From contig JBDRRB010000018.1 of the NCBI GenBank assembly GCA_043825985.1, forward strand, positions 16,934 to 80,933: DNA of 64,000 nucleotides. Reading direction: 5' to 3'. Source of the DNA: a bacterium (lineage in GTDB: Bacteria > Patescibacteriota > Patescibacteriia > SG8-24). Within the stretch, counting starts at the first letter, position 1. Each line of letters begins with the position of its first letter. The translations under genes were made by a program, and so were the position numbers. This document shows positions 9,665-18,572 of this stretch, piece after piece. The notes under the pieces were generated by a model that was not told the DNA's origin, searched no databases, and worked only from the letters and a program-made list of their open reading frames with translations.

Positions 9665-10924
9665 CTATTCGCGGTCCGGATCTGGCTCCAGGGCCGCTTC
9701 GGTGTAGACGTTCCGGGCGTTCCACAGCAGCCAGCCGCTGCCGCCGCCCTCCTCCGTGGCGCGCATCTGCTCCCGCACCAAGAACGGCGTGTAGACCGCG
9801 CCCAGGTCGAAGTCCTGGATCCAGGGACGGAAGGTGCCCAGCCTCTCGGCCGAAGCCTCGGCCGCCAGCCGCTCGTGCAGTTCCTGACCCCGCAGCAGGT
9901 TCAGGTAGACGACGTCGAACGGACGCGCGGCCGGATTCGGATAGCCGTTGAAGTTAGCCGGGTAGTGGGAAGGATACACCATGGGCGAGACAAAGTTGAA
10001 GTGGGGCAGGGCGTCCGACAGCTTCTGCCCGATGTTCAGGTCATATTCGTGCTGCCACATGGTCAGGCCGAACAGGTCGACCGAGATCGGCATGCCGGAC
10101 ATGACCCGCAGCTCCTTGTCCAGGTGGCCGAAGAATCCGGCCATGACCTCGGACTTGGACTCGGTCCGGTCCCAGACCGGAAACGACATGGTGCCGATGT
10201 TGCCGTCGGACGGAAAGCGGATGTAGTCGAACTGGACCTCGTCGAAGCCGCCGGAGTAGGCCTCCCGGGCGACCGCGACGTTGTACTTCCAGACCTCCTT
10301 CGAGGCCGGATCCAACCACGGAATGCCGCGGTAGTCGCGCCACAGGCCGCCGCCGGTCCGGGCCACGGCCAGCTCGGGACGCGACTCGGCCAGCATGGGA
10401 TCCTGAAAGACGAATATCCGGGCGATCAGGTAGATGCCCCTTTCCCTGAGCGGCGCGGTGAACTCGGCGATCCGCCCCAGTTGGGGACGCTTGGCCGCGT
10501 ACGGCCGGAGCGAATCCGACTCGGGCTCGAAGGACAGCGACCCGTCGGCGTCCTTGACGTCGATCACCATCGAGTTCAGCTCGGTCCGGCCGACCAGGTC
10601 CACCAGCTGGTCGAAGCGCTTGCGGTAGCCGGCCGTGGCCGCGGAGACGTAGATGCCGCGCACGAAGTCCGGAGTCGCGACATGGGCGGCGTCCGTGCCG
10701 TCACCCGGACCGACGAGCGACCTGACCGCCGCCGAGGCGAACCTCTCGGACGGATAGGACGGACGGCTGCGCTCGGTCGACATCTCGTGGGCCAGAAGCA
10801 GTATCAGCGGCAGGGACACGACGACCAGGATCGCCAGACCGAAGGGGACGGACCGCCGCAGCAAGAACGGACGGCCTCGCCGCCACGCCTCCGCCGCCGA
10901 CCTGAGCCCGTCCCGCCGAGTCAT
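9665..10924 (-). CDS. Putative glycoside hydrolase (DUF4015-like)
   Basis: VRGIYVS, VIDVKD, IARIFVFQD, GFDEVQFDYIRFP, SPMVYPSHY, RPWIQDF. Confidence 0.8.
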   Translation of the reverse strand: MTRRDGLRSAAEAWRRGRPFLLRRSVPFGLAILVVVSLPLILLLAHEMSTERSRPSYPSERFASAAVRSLVGPGDGTDAAHVATPDFVRGIYVSAATAGYRKRFDQLVDLVGRTELNSMVIDVKDADGSLSFEPESDSLRPYAAKRPQLGRIAEFTAPLRERGIYLIARIFVFQDPMLAESRPELAVARTGGGLWRDYRGIPWLDPASKEVWKYNVAVAREAYSGGFDEVQFDYIRFPSDGNIGTMSFPVWDRTESKSEVMAGFFGHLDKELRVMSGMPISVDLFGLTMWQHEYDLNIGQKLSDALPHFNFVSPMVYPSHYPANFNGYPNPAARPFDVVYLNLLRGQELHERLAAEASAERLGTFRPWIQDFDLGAVYTPFLVREQMRATEEGGGSGWLLWNARNVYTEAALEPDPDRE

Positions 10925-12258
10925 GACTTTCGGTATCCCTTCCGGCCGAGAAGGGTGTAGATGATCCGCTTGCCGCCCTCGACGCCCGGCTGGTCGTAGG
11001 CGTTCACGTCGAGCAGCTCGGCCATGACCGAAGTCGAGAGCATGAAGAACATCATCAGCGCGCCGACCGTCTCCGGACCGATCTCCGGCACCGACAGGAT
11101 GCCGTTCGGCCGACGGTCGTTGGCCAGGGCCTCGGAGGTGGCCCGGCATTCGGCGCGGAGTATCTCGCCGAACTTGCGGCCGGCCAGGTAGGACAGAGTC
11201 TCCAGGTCGGGGAACCCGTCGGGCACGGTCAGCTCGTCCCTCATCCGCCCGACCTCGACCAGCGTGATCAGCTTGTCGAACGGCCCACCGCTGTACAGCT
11301 GGATCTGCGAATGCTGGTCGGCCGGACCACTGGCCGCGATCGGCGTCAGTCCGTGGAAGACCGTCCGTCCGGACCGGCCGACACGCTTGCCCAGGCTCTC
11401 CCCCCACAGCTGGCGGAACCAGAAGGCGAACAGGTCAAGCCGGGCGGCATAGGGCATGAGCACGGACATGGGCTGACCTCGCTTGGCATAGCCCAGGTAG
11501 TGCAGGCCGGCGAACTTCAGCACGTCGTTGCCTTCCGCCGGAGACGACAGAAAGGCGTCGCGAACCTCGGCTGCGCCGCGGAGCAGCCCGTCGACCGGAA
11601 CCCCGGCGCAGGCCGCGGGAAAGAGCCCGACCGGAGTCAGGGCCGAATACCGTCCGCCGATGTCGTCCGGCACGGGCAGGGTGGCGTAGCCCTCGCGGTC
11701 GGCGATGGTCCGCAGCGTGCCGGAGACCCGATCGGTCGTGGCCACCACCCGTTCGGCATGCGCCTTCCGGCCGACGGCCCGTATCAGGCGATCGCGCAGC
11801 AGGAGAAAGCCGCTCATCGGCTCGACCGTATCGCCGGACTTGGAGACCACGTTCAGGAGCGCCGACTTGAGGTCAACGGTCCGCAGCAGGTCCGCGAGCT
11901 CCTCCGGATCGGTGGTCGATCCGGCGAACCTGACGTCGAGCCCCTTCCCGGCCGGCTTGAGCGCCCGAACCAGGGTCTTGACGCCGAGGTCGGACCCGCC
12001 GATGCCGATCACCACGAGGGTCTTCTTCCCGGCCGACAGCTTCCTGGCCAGGTCCTTGACCTGACGCAGGTCGGACCGCCTTTCGGGAATCGACAGGTAG
12101 CCGAGCGAGCCGTCGCGTCCGGCCTGGGCCAGGCGGTCACGGACTTTCTCCAGTCGCGGCAGCAGCCGGCCGAGCTCGCCGGAACCGGCGCCGGCCTTGC
12201 CGACCCGGTCCTTCATCATCCTCTCTGCGTCGTAGCCGATCAGTTTTGACTTTGGCAT
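10921..12258 (-). CDS. pgi: Glucose-6-phosphate isomerase
   Basis: GIGGSDLG, SKSGDTVE, GGRYSALT, QLWGESLGK, DQHSQIQL, DQPGVEGGK. Confidence 0.95.
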   Translation of the reverse strand: MPKSKLIGYDAERMMKDRVGKAGAGSGELGRLLPRLEKVRDRLAQAGRDGSLGYLSIPERRSDLRQVKDLARKLSAGKKTLVVIGIGGSDLGVKTLVRALKPAGKGLDVRFAGSTTDPEELADLLRTVDLKSALLNVVSKSGDTVEPMSGFLLLRDRLIRAVGRKAHAERVVATTDRVSGTLRTIADREGYATLPVPDDIGGRYSALTPVGLFPAACAGVPVDGLLRGAAEVRDAFLSSPAEGNDVLKFAGLHYLGYAKRGQPMSVLMPYAARLDLFAFWFRQLWGESLGKRVGRSGRTVFHGLTPIAASGPADQHSQIQLYSGGPFDKLITLVEVGRMRDELTVPDGFPDLETLSYLAGRKFGEILRAECRATSEALANDRRPNGILSVPEIGPETVGALMMFFMLSTSVMAELLDVNAYDQPGVEGGKRIIYTLLGRKGYRKS

Positions 12259-12417
12259 AGGCGGGAACCTTATATCTTGTTCAATCATGATGTGGACGAA
12301 AGACGAACCCAAACTGGGTTGAGTATATCACGGCGCGGCCGGAGGCAGCATTGAGGCGAAACCCGGCCTGACGTGATAAAATGCAGGACGACAGGCGCCA
12401 CCATAAACGACAACACC

Positions 12418-13380
12418 ATGAGTCCCAGTCCAGAAAAACGAGACAGGCCGGACAATGCCGGCGTCGACGGCAGCAAGGCCGCCCCGGAAAGGAAAGACGG
12501 GACCGAGAACGACCAACGCAAACAGCTGAAGGCTGAAATGGCGACCCGCAGACGGAAATTCACGGCGCTCAAAAAACTGCTCGACGAATACGAAAAGGCG
12601 GCGGCCCTGGCCGATCCTGACGACCAGGACCAGCAGGTGCTGAAAAAGGTGGCCAAAAAAGGCGGACCGCACGCCGTCCGGCTCAAGATGCTGCAGGAGG
12701 AACGGTCCGGGCTGCTCCTGCAGCAAAGGATCATGACCGACCGGGTAAACGAGACACGCCGCGAGCTGAACGCCGGCACCGAGCCGCTGGAAACGACGGC
12801 CGAACGGCTCAAGTCCGAGCTGACGGTGGCCGGCGACGAGAAAAAGATCGCCGTGACCAAAAGGATGCTGAAGAAGGTCGAGGACGCGATCGCCCTGGAG
12901 CTGACACTGGTGACGCTCCAGTCCAGCCTAAACGAGAACCGAGCCGAAACCGATCAGGCCGAGAGAAACGCGCTGACAGCGGCCACGGCCGAGACCGCAC
13001 CGGACGACGACGAGCGACCGACGGTCGAGATGGCCGCCGCGGACGACGACGAAGACGACGACGAAAGGCCGACGGCCGAGATGGCCGCCGCGGACGACGA
13101 CGAAAGGCCGACGGTCGAGATGGCCGTCGCGGACGACGACGGACGGTCGACGGTCGAATACCGGGCGAAACCGAAAATGCAGCCGGATAGCGGGCGAAAC
13201 ACGGACGGAGAAACCGAAGAGCCGGCCAAAAAACCGACCCGATGGCAGCGTCTGAAGGACTGGTGGAACCGACCCAAAGGCCTGAATCCGCCGGAAGCGA
13301 AGCACGAGAAGAGAAACGACGACTTCGCCGAGATGCTCAAGGAGGTCTGGGCCGGAATCAAGTCGATGTTCAAGTTCTAG
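12418..13380 (+). CDS. Hypothetical coiled-coil protein with acidic 13-aa tandem repeats
   Basis: Long ORF with DDDERPTVEMAAA x4; start uncertain (12373 or 12418). Confidence 0.6.
   Translation: MSPSPEKRDRPDNAGVDGSKAAPERKDGTENDQRKQLKAEMATRRRKFTALKKLLDEYEKAAALADPDDQDQQVLKKVAKKGGPHAVRLKMLQEERSGLLLQQRIMTDRVNETRRELNAGTEPLETTAERLKSELTVAGDEKKIAVTKRMLKKVEDAIALELTLVTLQSSLNENRAETDQAERNALTAATAETAPDDDERPTVEMAAADDDEDDDERPTAEMAAADDDERPTVEMAVADDDGRSTVEYRAKPKMQPDSGRNTDGETEEPAKKPTRWQRLKDWWNRPKGLNPPEAKHEKRNDDFAEMLKEVWAGIKSMFKF
13002..13158 (+). repeat. Coding tandem repeat of about 39 bp (4 copies)
   Basis: Units of ggacgacgacgaaaggccgacggtcgagatggccgccgc. Confidence 0.85.
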
Positions 13381-13473
13381 CTTCTTACACGCGAGACGAA
13401 CGGGCGACGCAAAAAGACCGGCTGCCAGGCCGGTCTTTCGGCTAAAAAACTCCATGACGCGACGAACGCCGGC

Positions 13474-14913
13474 TCAATCCGCCGCCGGACCGAAGAACCG
13501 GGCGTTCTCGCGCACCAGCCAGTCCTTCAGCTCGCGCGTGGCCACCACGTCGTCGCGGTTGTACTCGACGATGCTGTCGAGTGCGGCCCGGTCCCCCGTC
13601 TCCAGCCAGCGCTCGTAGACGGCGACCGACTCCCCGCCGCCGGCGATCTCGCCCTGCCGGTCGAAGCCGATGTACTTGCCGATGTCCTTGATGCCGTAGA
13701 AGTAGAGTGGCAGCACCACGCTGTCCTTGACCGTCTCGTTCAGGTCGACCAGCCGCGACCGGAACGTGTCCAGCCCGGCCGACCCGCCGTAGCGAGACTC
13801 GAGGGCGTTAAGTCGGACCAGCTCGAAGGTGCCGAAATGGTAGACCGCATAGTCGCCGGGCAGCCCGGACAGCCAGCGCAGGAACTCGCGCCACATCCCC
13901 TCCTCGCCCTCGGGCGACTCGGCCAGCTGACGCTCGTACCTCTCGCCGGAACCGTCGCGGACCAGGAAGCCGAACAGGTAGTCCACGCCGCGCAGCGGAT
14001 CGCTCTCGATGTCGAAGAAGATCTCGGTCGGAGACTCGGGCAGGCTGACCGGACGGCGGAAGACATGCTGACGGTCGATGAGCGCCGCGGCCTGAAGCTT
14101 GGCCCGCCGCAGCAGGTCGAGCTTGATGTCGCGGTTGCGGCCGTGCACCTCGTCCGGGTCCATGTCCGCCGCATCCTCGACCGACCGGATGCCCAGCTCG
14201 CGCAGCTGCTCCAGCGTCTTGGCCTTGATGTTGTAGAGCAGCGTAATGTCGTTCGTGCTCTCGGCCAGGGCGATGCACTCGGAGAACCACGGCGACACGC
14301 GGCAGCCGGACGACAGCCGCGGTCCGGGCCGGCGGCCGGACAGCAGCTCGCGCAGCTCGCCGAGCACCCGCCGGTAGAGCTCCTCGACCTCGTCCAGCTG
14401 GCAGCCGATGCGCACGCCGCTGGCGTTCAGTATGTAGCCGAACTCCGGCCGGGCCCCCTGCACCCGTTCCAGCAGGTCGCCGTACATGGCCAGCTGCAGC
14501 CGCATGGCGTCGGTGATCCGTTCGGCGCTCTTGATTTCCGTCGGCTCGTAGGAATACGAGCCGTACCTGGACGGCCGGCCGTCGCGCCGCTCAAGCAGGT
14601 CCGGCTCGCCGATCAGGTCGCCGTCCCTGAGCAGGCCGTGATAGATTCGTTCCGTGCCGGCGGCCATCAGCTCCTGGGTGCGGGCAAAGCGCGCGTCCTC
14701 GTCGCCGTCGCCGACCGGCTCGTACTCAAGCCCAGCCAGCAGCCGCTCCTCGTGCAGCAGCCCCCGCTCCAGGAGCAGGCCATGGAAGCGGGACGGCTCG
14801 GTCCGCCGGGACCGGTCGCCAAAACGGTCGAACCACAGCCAGTGGTTACAGGTGAAGTACTTGATGAACATCCCGGCGCTGATCCGGGGCGGTTGTTCTT
14901 GTCGGTTAGTCAT
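13474..14913 (-). CDS. TM0106-family RecB-like nuclease with C-terminal RNase H-like domain
   Basis: GEPDLL...PTEIKS...QLAMY (PD-(D/E)xK), CxxSPWxxxC, FFDIESDP, YGIKDIG, YNRDDVVAT. Confidence 0.85.
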   Translation of the reverse strand: MTNRQEQPPRISAGMFIKYFTCNHWLWFDRFGDRSRRTEPSRFHGLLLERGLLHEERLLAGLEYEPVGDGDEDARFARTQELMAAGTERIYHGLLRDGDLIGEPDLLERRDGRPSRYGSYSYEPTEIKSAERITDAMRLQLAMYGDLLERVQGARPEFGYILNASGVRIGCQLDEVEELYRRVLGELRELLSGRRPGPRLSSGCRVSPWFSECIALAESTNDITLLYNIKAKTLEQLRELGIRSVEDAADMDPDEVHGRNRDIKLDLLRRAKLQAAALIDRQHVFRRPVSLPESPTEIFFDIESDPLRGVDYLFGFLVRDGSGERYERQLAESPEGEEGMWREFLRWLSGLPGDYAVYHFGTFELVRLNALESRYGGSAGLDTFRSRLVDLNETVKDSVVLPLYFYGIKDIGKYIGFDRQGEIAGGGESVAVYERWLETGDRAALDSIVEYNRDDVVATRELKDWLVRENARFFGPAAD

Positions 14914-14950
14914 GTTTCGAGGAATCGATGTAATGAATGATCCCAGCACC

Positions 14951-15265
14951 AGCGGACTTCTGGTCGGGATCCACCTTCGCTAAAGCTATGGTGGACAGGT
15001 GCAGTGTGCCGACCTAGGACAAATCCACGCAGGTTCTGGGCGGGACCCGCCTCCGCCCTTCGACTTCACTACGGGCGGGGCAAGTGTTATGTACTCGGTT
15101 TCACACGCCAGCGGACTTCAGGTTGAGATGATATGTGCCGGTCTGGGGCGAGTCACGCGAAGAAACCATCGGCAGGTTCTGGGCGGGACCCGCCTCCGCC
15201 CTTCGACTTCACTCAGGGATACGGGCGGACAAGTGTCATGTGCCGACACCCTGCATCTCAACATC
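14951..15265 (+). repeat. Array of four 5'-arm repeats of the 120-nt hairpin, with variable spacers
   Basis: Units start at 14951, 15029, 15110 and 15172, pattern (a)gcrg...GA^TGnnrTGTRC; spacers 18, 14, 32 and 21 nt. Confidence 0.75.
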
Positions 15266-15390
15266 AGTGGGCTTCGGACGGGATGCGATGTGCCCGGCTG
15301 GACCGAACGACGAAGCGAAACGTACTGAAAACGTACGTTGAGCTAGGAGCGAGGGAAGCCGGACGCAGCGCGCCCGATCCGGAGACCACT
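15266..15390 (+). ncRNA. Structured dispersed repeat / candidate ncRNA, copy A
   Basis: Multi-bulged hairpin agtgg..ccact homologous to the copies at 44736, 54121 and 61640. Confidence 0.65.
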
Positions 15391-15395
15391 TATCT

Positions 15396-16646
15396 TTACT
15401 CGTACTTCAAGGCGGAGATGGGGTCCAATTCCGCCGCCTTCCTCGCCGGATACGCGCCAAACACCATGCCGATGACCATGGCCACGAGCAGGGCCGCCAG
15501 GAAGGACGGCAGGGACACGGCGTACTGGACGTCGAAGCCGGTATACCTGGCGTAGGCGATGACCGCAACCGTCAGGACCGTGCCGGACAGCCCGCCCAGG
15601 GCACCGCCGGCCGTGGTCAGGATGACCGCCTCGGCCAGGAACTGCTGCCAGATGACCGCATTCCGGGCGCCGAGTGCCTTGCGCAGTCCGACCTCGCGGA
15701 CGCGCTCGGTGACCGAAACCAGCATGATGTTCATGATGCCGATGCCGCCGACCAGGAGCGAGATCGCGGCCAGCAGGCCGAGCAGGATGGTGATGGCGTT
15801 CGTCACCGTGCCGATCGTCTCCATCACCTCGGTATATGTATGCACCATGAAGTCGTCCTTGTCCGGGTCAGTGATGTCATGCCGCCGCCGCAGCACGGCC
15901 GAGGCCTCCTCGGAGACCGGATCGATGTACCGCTTGTCGGAGACGATCAGGTCTATCTCCTGCACGTACTCGTCGCCGGACAGCCGCTTCTGCATCAGCT
16001 TGAGCGGCATCAGGACGATGGTGTCGAAGTCCATCGGACCGAACACGCCGCGCGGCTCGAGCACACCGACGACCTGGAGGTTCAGCCCCTTGAGGCGGAC
16101 CTTCTGGCCGATCGGGTCAGACTCGCCGAACAGGTGCTCGGCCACCTTGCTGCCGAGCACGATCACCGGCGTCATCGACTTCTCCTCGCGCTCGCTGAAG
16201 ATCCGGCCGGCGCCGATCTCGGCCTGCAGGTCGAACGACATGTAGTTGGCGGTCGTGCCGAAGACCAGTGACCGGTACTCGCTGTCGCGGAATGACACGA
16301 AGGCCTGGCTGGTGTCGAAGGCCACCGCCTCGAGCACGTGCGGCAGGGACCGGAGCGCCTCGGCGTCGTCGTAGGTGATCGAGACGACCTCGGCGGCGGA
16401 GAACTGCGAGGTGATCGCGCCCTGGTCCGACAGTCCGGGGACGGTGGCGTTGATGGTCACGAAGTTCTTTCCGAACTGCTCGACCTGGGCCAGGATGTAG
16501 CTCTTCAGGCCGAAGCCGAGGGAGACGATCAGGGTGACCGAAAAGACGCCGATGGTCACGCCCAGGAGCGACAGCACGGTGCGCAGGCGGTTGCGGCGAA
16601 GGTTCCTGAGCGCCAGTCCGACGGTATTGCGATAGGCGTGCGGCAT
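15396..16646 (-). CDS. MacB/FtsX-like ABC transporter permease
   Basis: RTVLSLLGVTIGV, ISLLVGGIGIMNIMLVSVTERVREVGLRKALGA, PARKAAELDPISALKYE. Confidence 0.93.
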   Translation of the reverse strand: MPHAYRNTVGLALRNLRRNRLRTVLSLLGVTIGVFSVTLIVSLGFGLKSYILAQVEQFGKNFVTINATVPGLSDQGAITSQFSAAEVVSITYDDAEALRSLPHVLEAVAFDTSQAFVSFRDSEYRSLVFGTTANYMSFDLQAEIGAGRIFSEREEKSMTPVIVLGSKVAEHLFGESDPIGQKVRLKGLNLQVVGVLEPRGVFGPMDFDTIVLMPLKLMQKRLSGDEYVQEIDLIVSDKRYIDPVSEEASAVLRRRHDITDPDKDDFMVHTYTEVMETIGTVTNAITILLGLLAAISLLVGGIGIMNIMLVSVTERVREVGLRKALGARNAVIWQQFLAEAVILTTAGGALGGLSGTVLTVAVIAYARYTGFDVQYAVSLPSFLAALLVAMVIGMVFGAYPARKAAELDPISALKYE

Positions 16647-16649
16647 AGG

Positions 16650-17885
16650 CTATTCCTCCCTCAGGGCGACGATCGGGTCGAGACGCGACGCGGTCATGGC
16701 CGGCGAGACTCCCGAGACCATGCCGATTCCGGCCGCGACCACGAGCGCGGTCAGGACATACGACACCGGCATGAAGAAGTTCCAGGAGTAGCCGTAGTGC
16801 TGGACGGCCACCGATATCAGGACCGAGAAGCTGACCCCGATCACGGCGCCGACGATGCCGCCGGCCAGGGACATCGCCCCGCTCTCGATCAGGAACTGCA
16901 TCAGGATGCGCCGGCTGTTGGCGCCGAGGGCCTTCCGGAGGCCGATCTCGCGCCGCCGCTCGCGCACCGAGACGAACATGATGTTCATGATGTTGATCCC
17001 GCCCACCAGGAGCGCGATCGCCGTCACCACCAGCAGGAACCCCTGCATGGCGCCGGTCACGTTGCCCAGCATCTCGGCCGCCTGGTCGGTGCTGCCGATG
17101 GTGAAGTCGTCCTTGGAAGGGTCCTTGATGTGATGCTGCCGCCGCAGGGCCCGGGCGGCGTCGTCCTTGACCGTCTCCAGATTCGCACCGTCGACGGACT
17201 TGAGTCGGATGGCCGAGACATAGTCGATGCCCGCGACCAGGCGCTGGGCGGTGGTGACCGGTATGATCACCCGGTCGTCGAGGTTCTGGAAGAAGGCCGT
17301 CCCCTGCTCGGTCGTCACGCCGACGACCGTGAACCGGATGCCCTTGATGTCGACCGTCTGCCCGACCGGGCTCCGGTCCGGCGACAGCCCCTCGGCCACG
17401 GTCGTCCCGACCACGGCCACCCGGGCGAAGCGGGCCACGTCCTCGGCGGACAGGAAACGCCCTTCGGCCATCTCCAGCCCCTCCAGGTCCCAGGCCTGCT
17501 CGTTCACCCCGACGACCGAGGTGACGACGGTCTCGCGGCCCATCGACACGGTCCGGGTCGAGTTTACGTACGGCACCACGGCCTGCACGCCGCTGACCTT
17601 CCGCAGCGCGTCGGCGTCGTCGAGCTTGAGCGTGCCGAGCACGATGCCCATGGCGATGGGCGGCGGCTCGTTCTCCTGGCTGCCGCCGGGAGTGACGCCG
17701 ATCAGGTCGCCGCCGAATGAGGTCACCTGGCTCAGGATCAGGTCCTGCGCGCTCAGGCCGACCGAAGCGACAGTCAAAACGGACATCACCCCGATGATGA
17801 TGCCCAAGGTGGACAGCACGGCCCGGCTCCTCATCGCCCACAGCGACTTGAGGACGGAGATTGCGTCGCGCCACCAGATATTCAT
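16650..17885 (-). CDS. MacB/FtsX-like ABC transporter permease
   Basis: LSTLGIIIGV, VGGINIMNIMFVSVRERRREIGLRKALGA. Confidence 0.93.
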   Translation of the reverse strand: MNIWWRDAISVLKSLWAMRSRAVLSTLGIIIGVMSVLTVASVGLSAQDLILSQVTSFGGDLIGVTPGGSQENEPPPIAMGIVLGTLKLDDADALRKVSGVQAVVPYVNSTRTVSMGRETVVTSVVGVNEQAWDLEGLEMAEGRFLSAEDVARFARVAVVGTTVAEGLSPDRSPVGQTVDIKGIRFTVVGVTTEQGTAFFQNLDDRVIIPVTTAQRLVAGIDYVSAIRLKSVDGANLETVKDDAARALRRQHHIKDPSKDDFTIGSTDQAAEMLGNVTGAMQGFLLVVTAIALLVGGINIMNIMFVSVRERRREIGLRKALGANSRRILMQFLIESGAMSLAGGIVGAVIGVSFSVLISVAVQHYGYSWNFFMPVSYVLTALVVAAGIGMVSGVSPAMTASRLDPIVALREE

Positions 17886-17887
17886 AG

Positions 17888-18562
<675 letters not shown>

Positions 18563-18572
18563 GCCGAAGCGG

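Noticed and set aside
14951-15390. Canonical CRISPR array
   Set aside because: Repeats are degenerate and of two alternating types, spacers vary from 14 to 32 nt, and no cas1/cas2 or effector gene is in the window.
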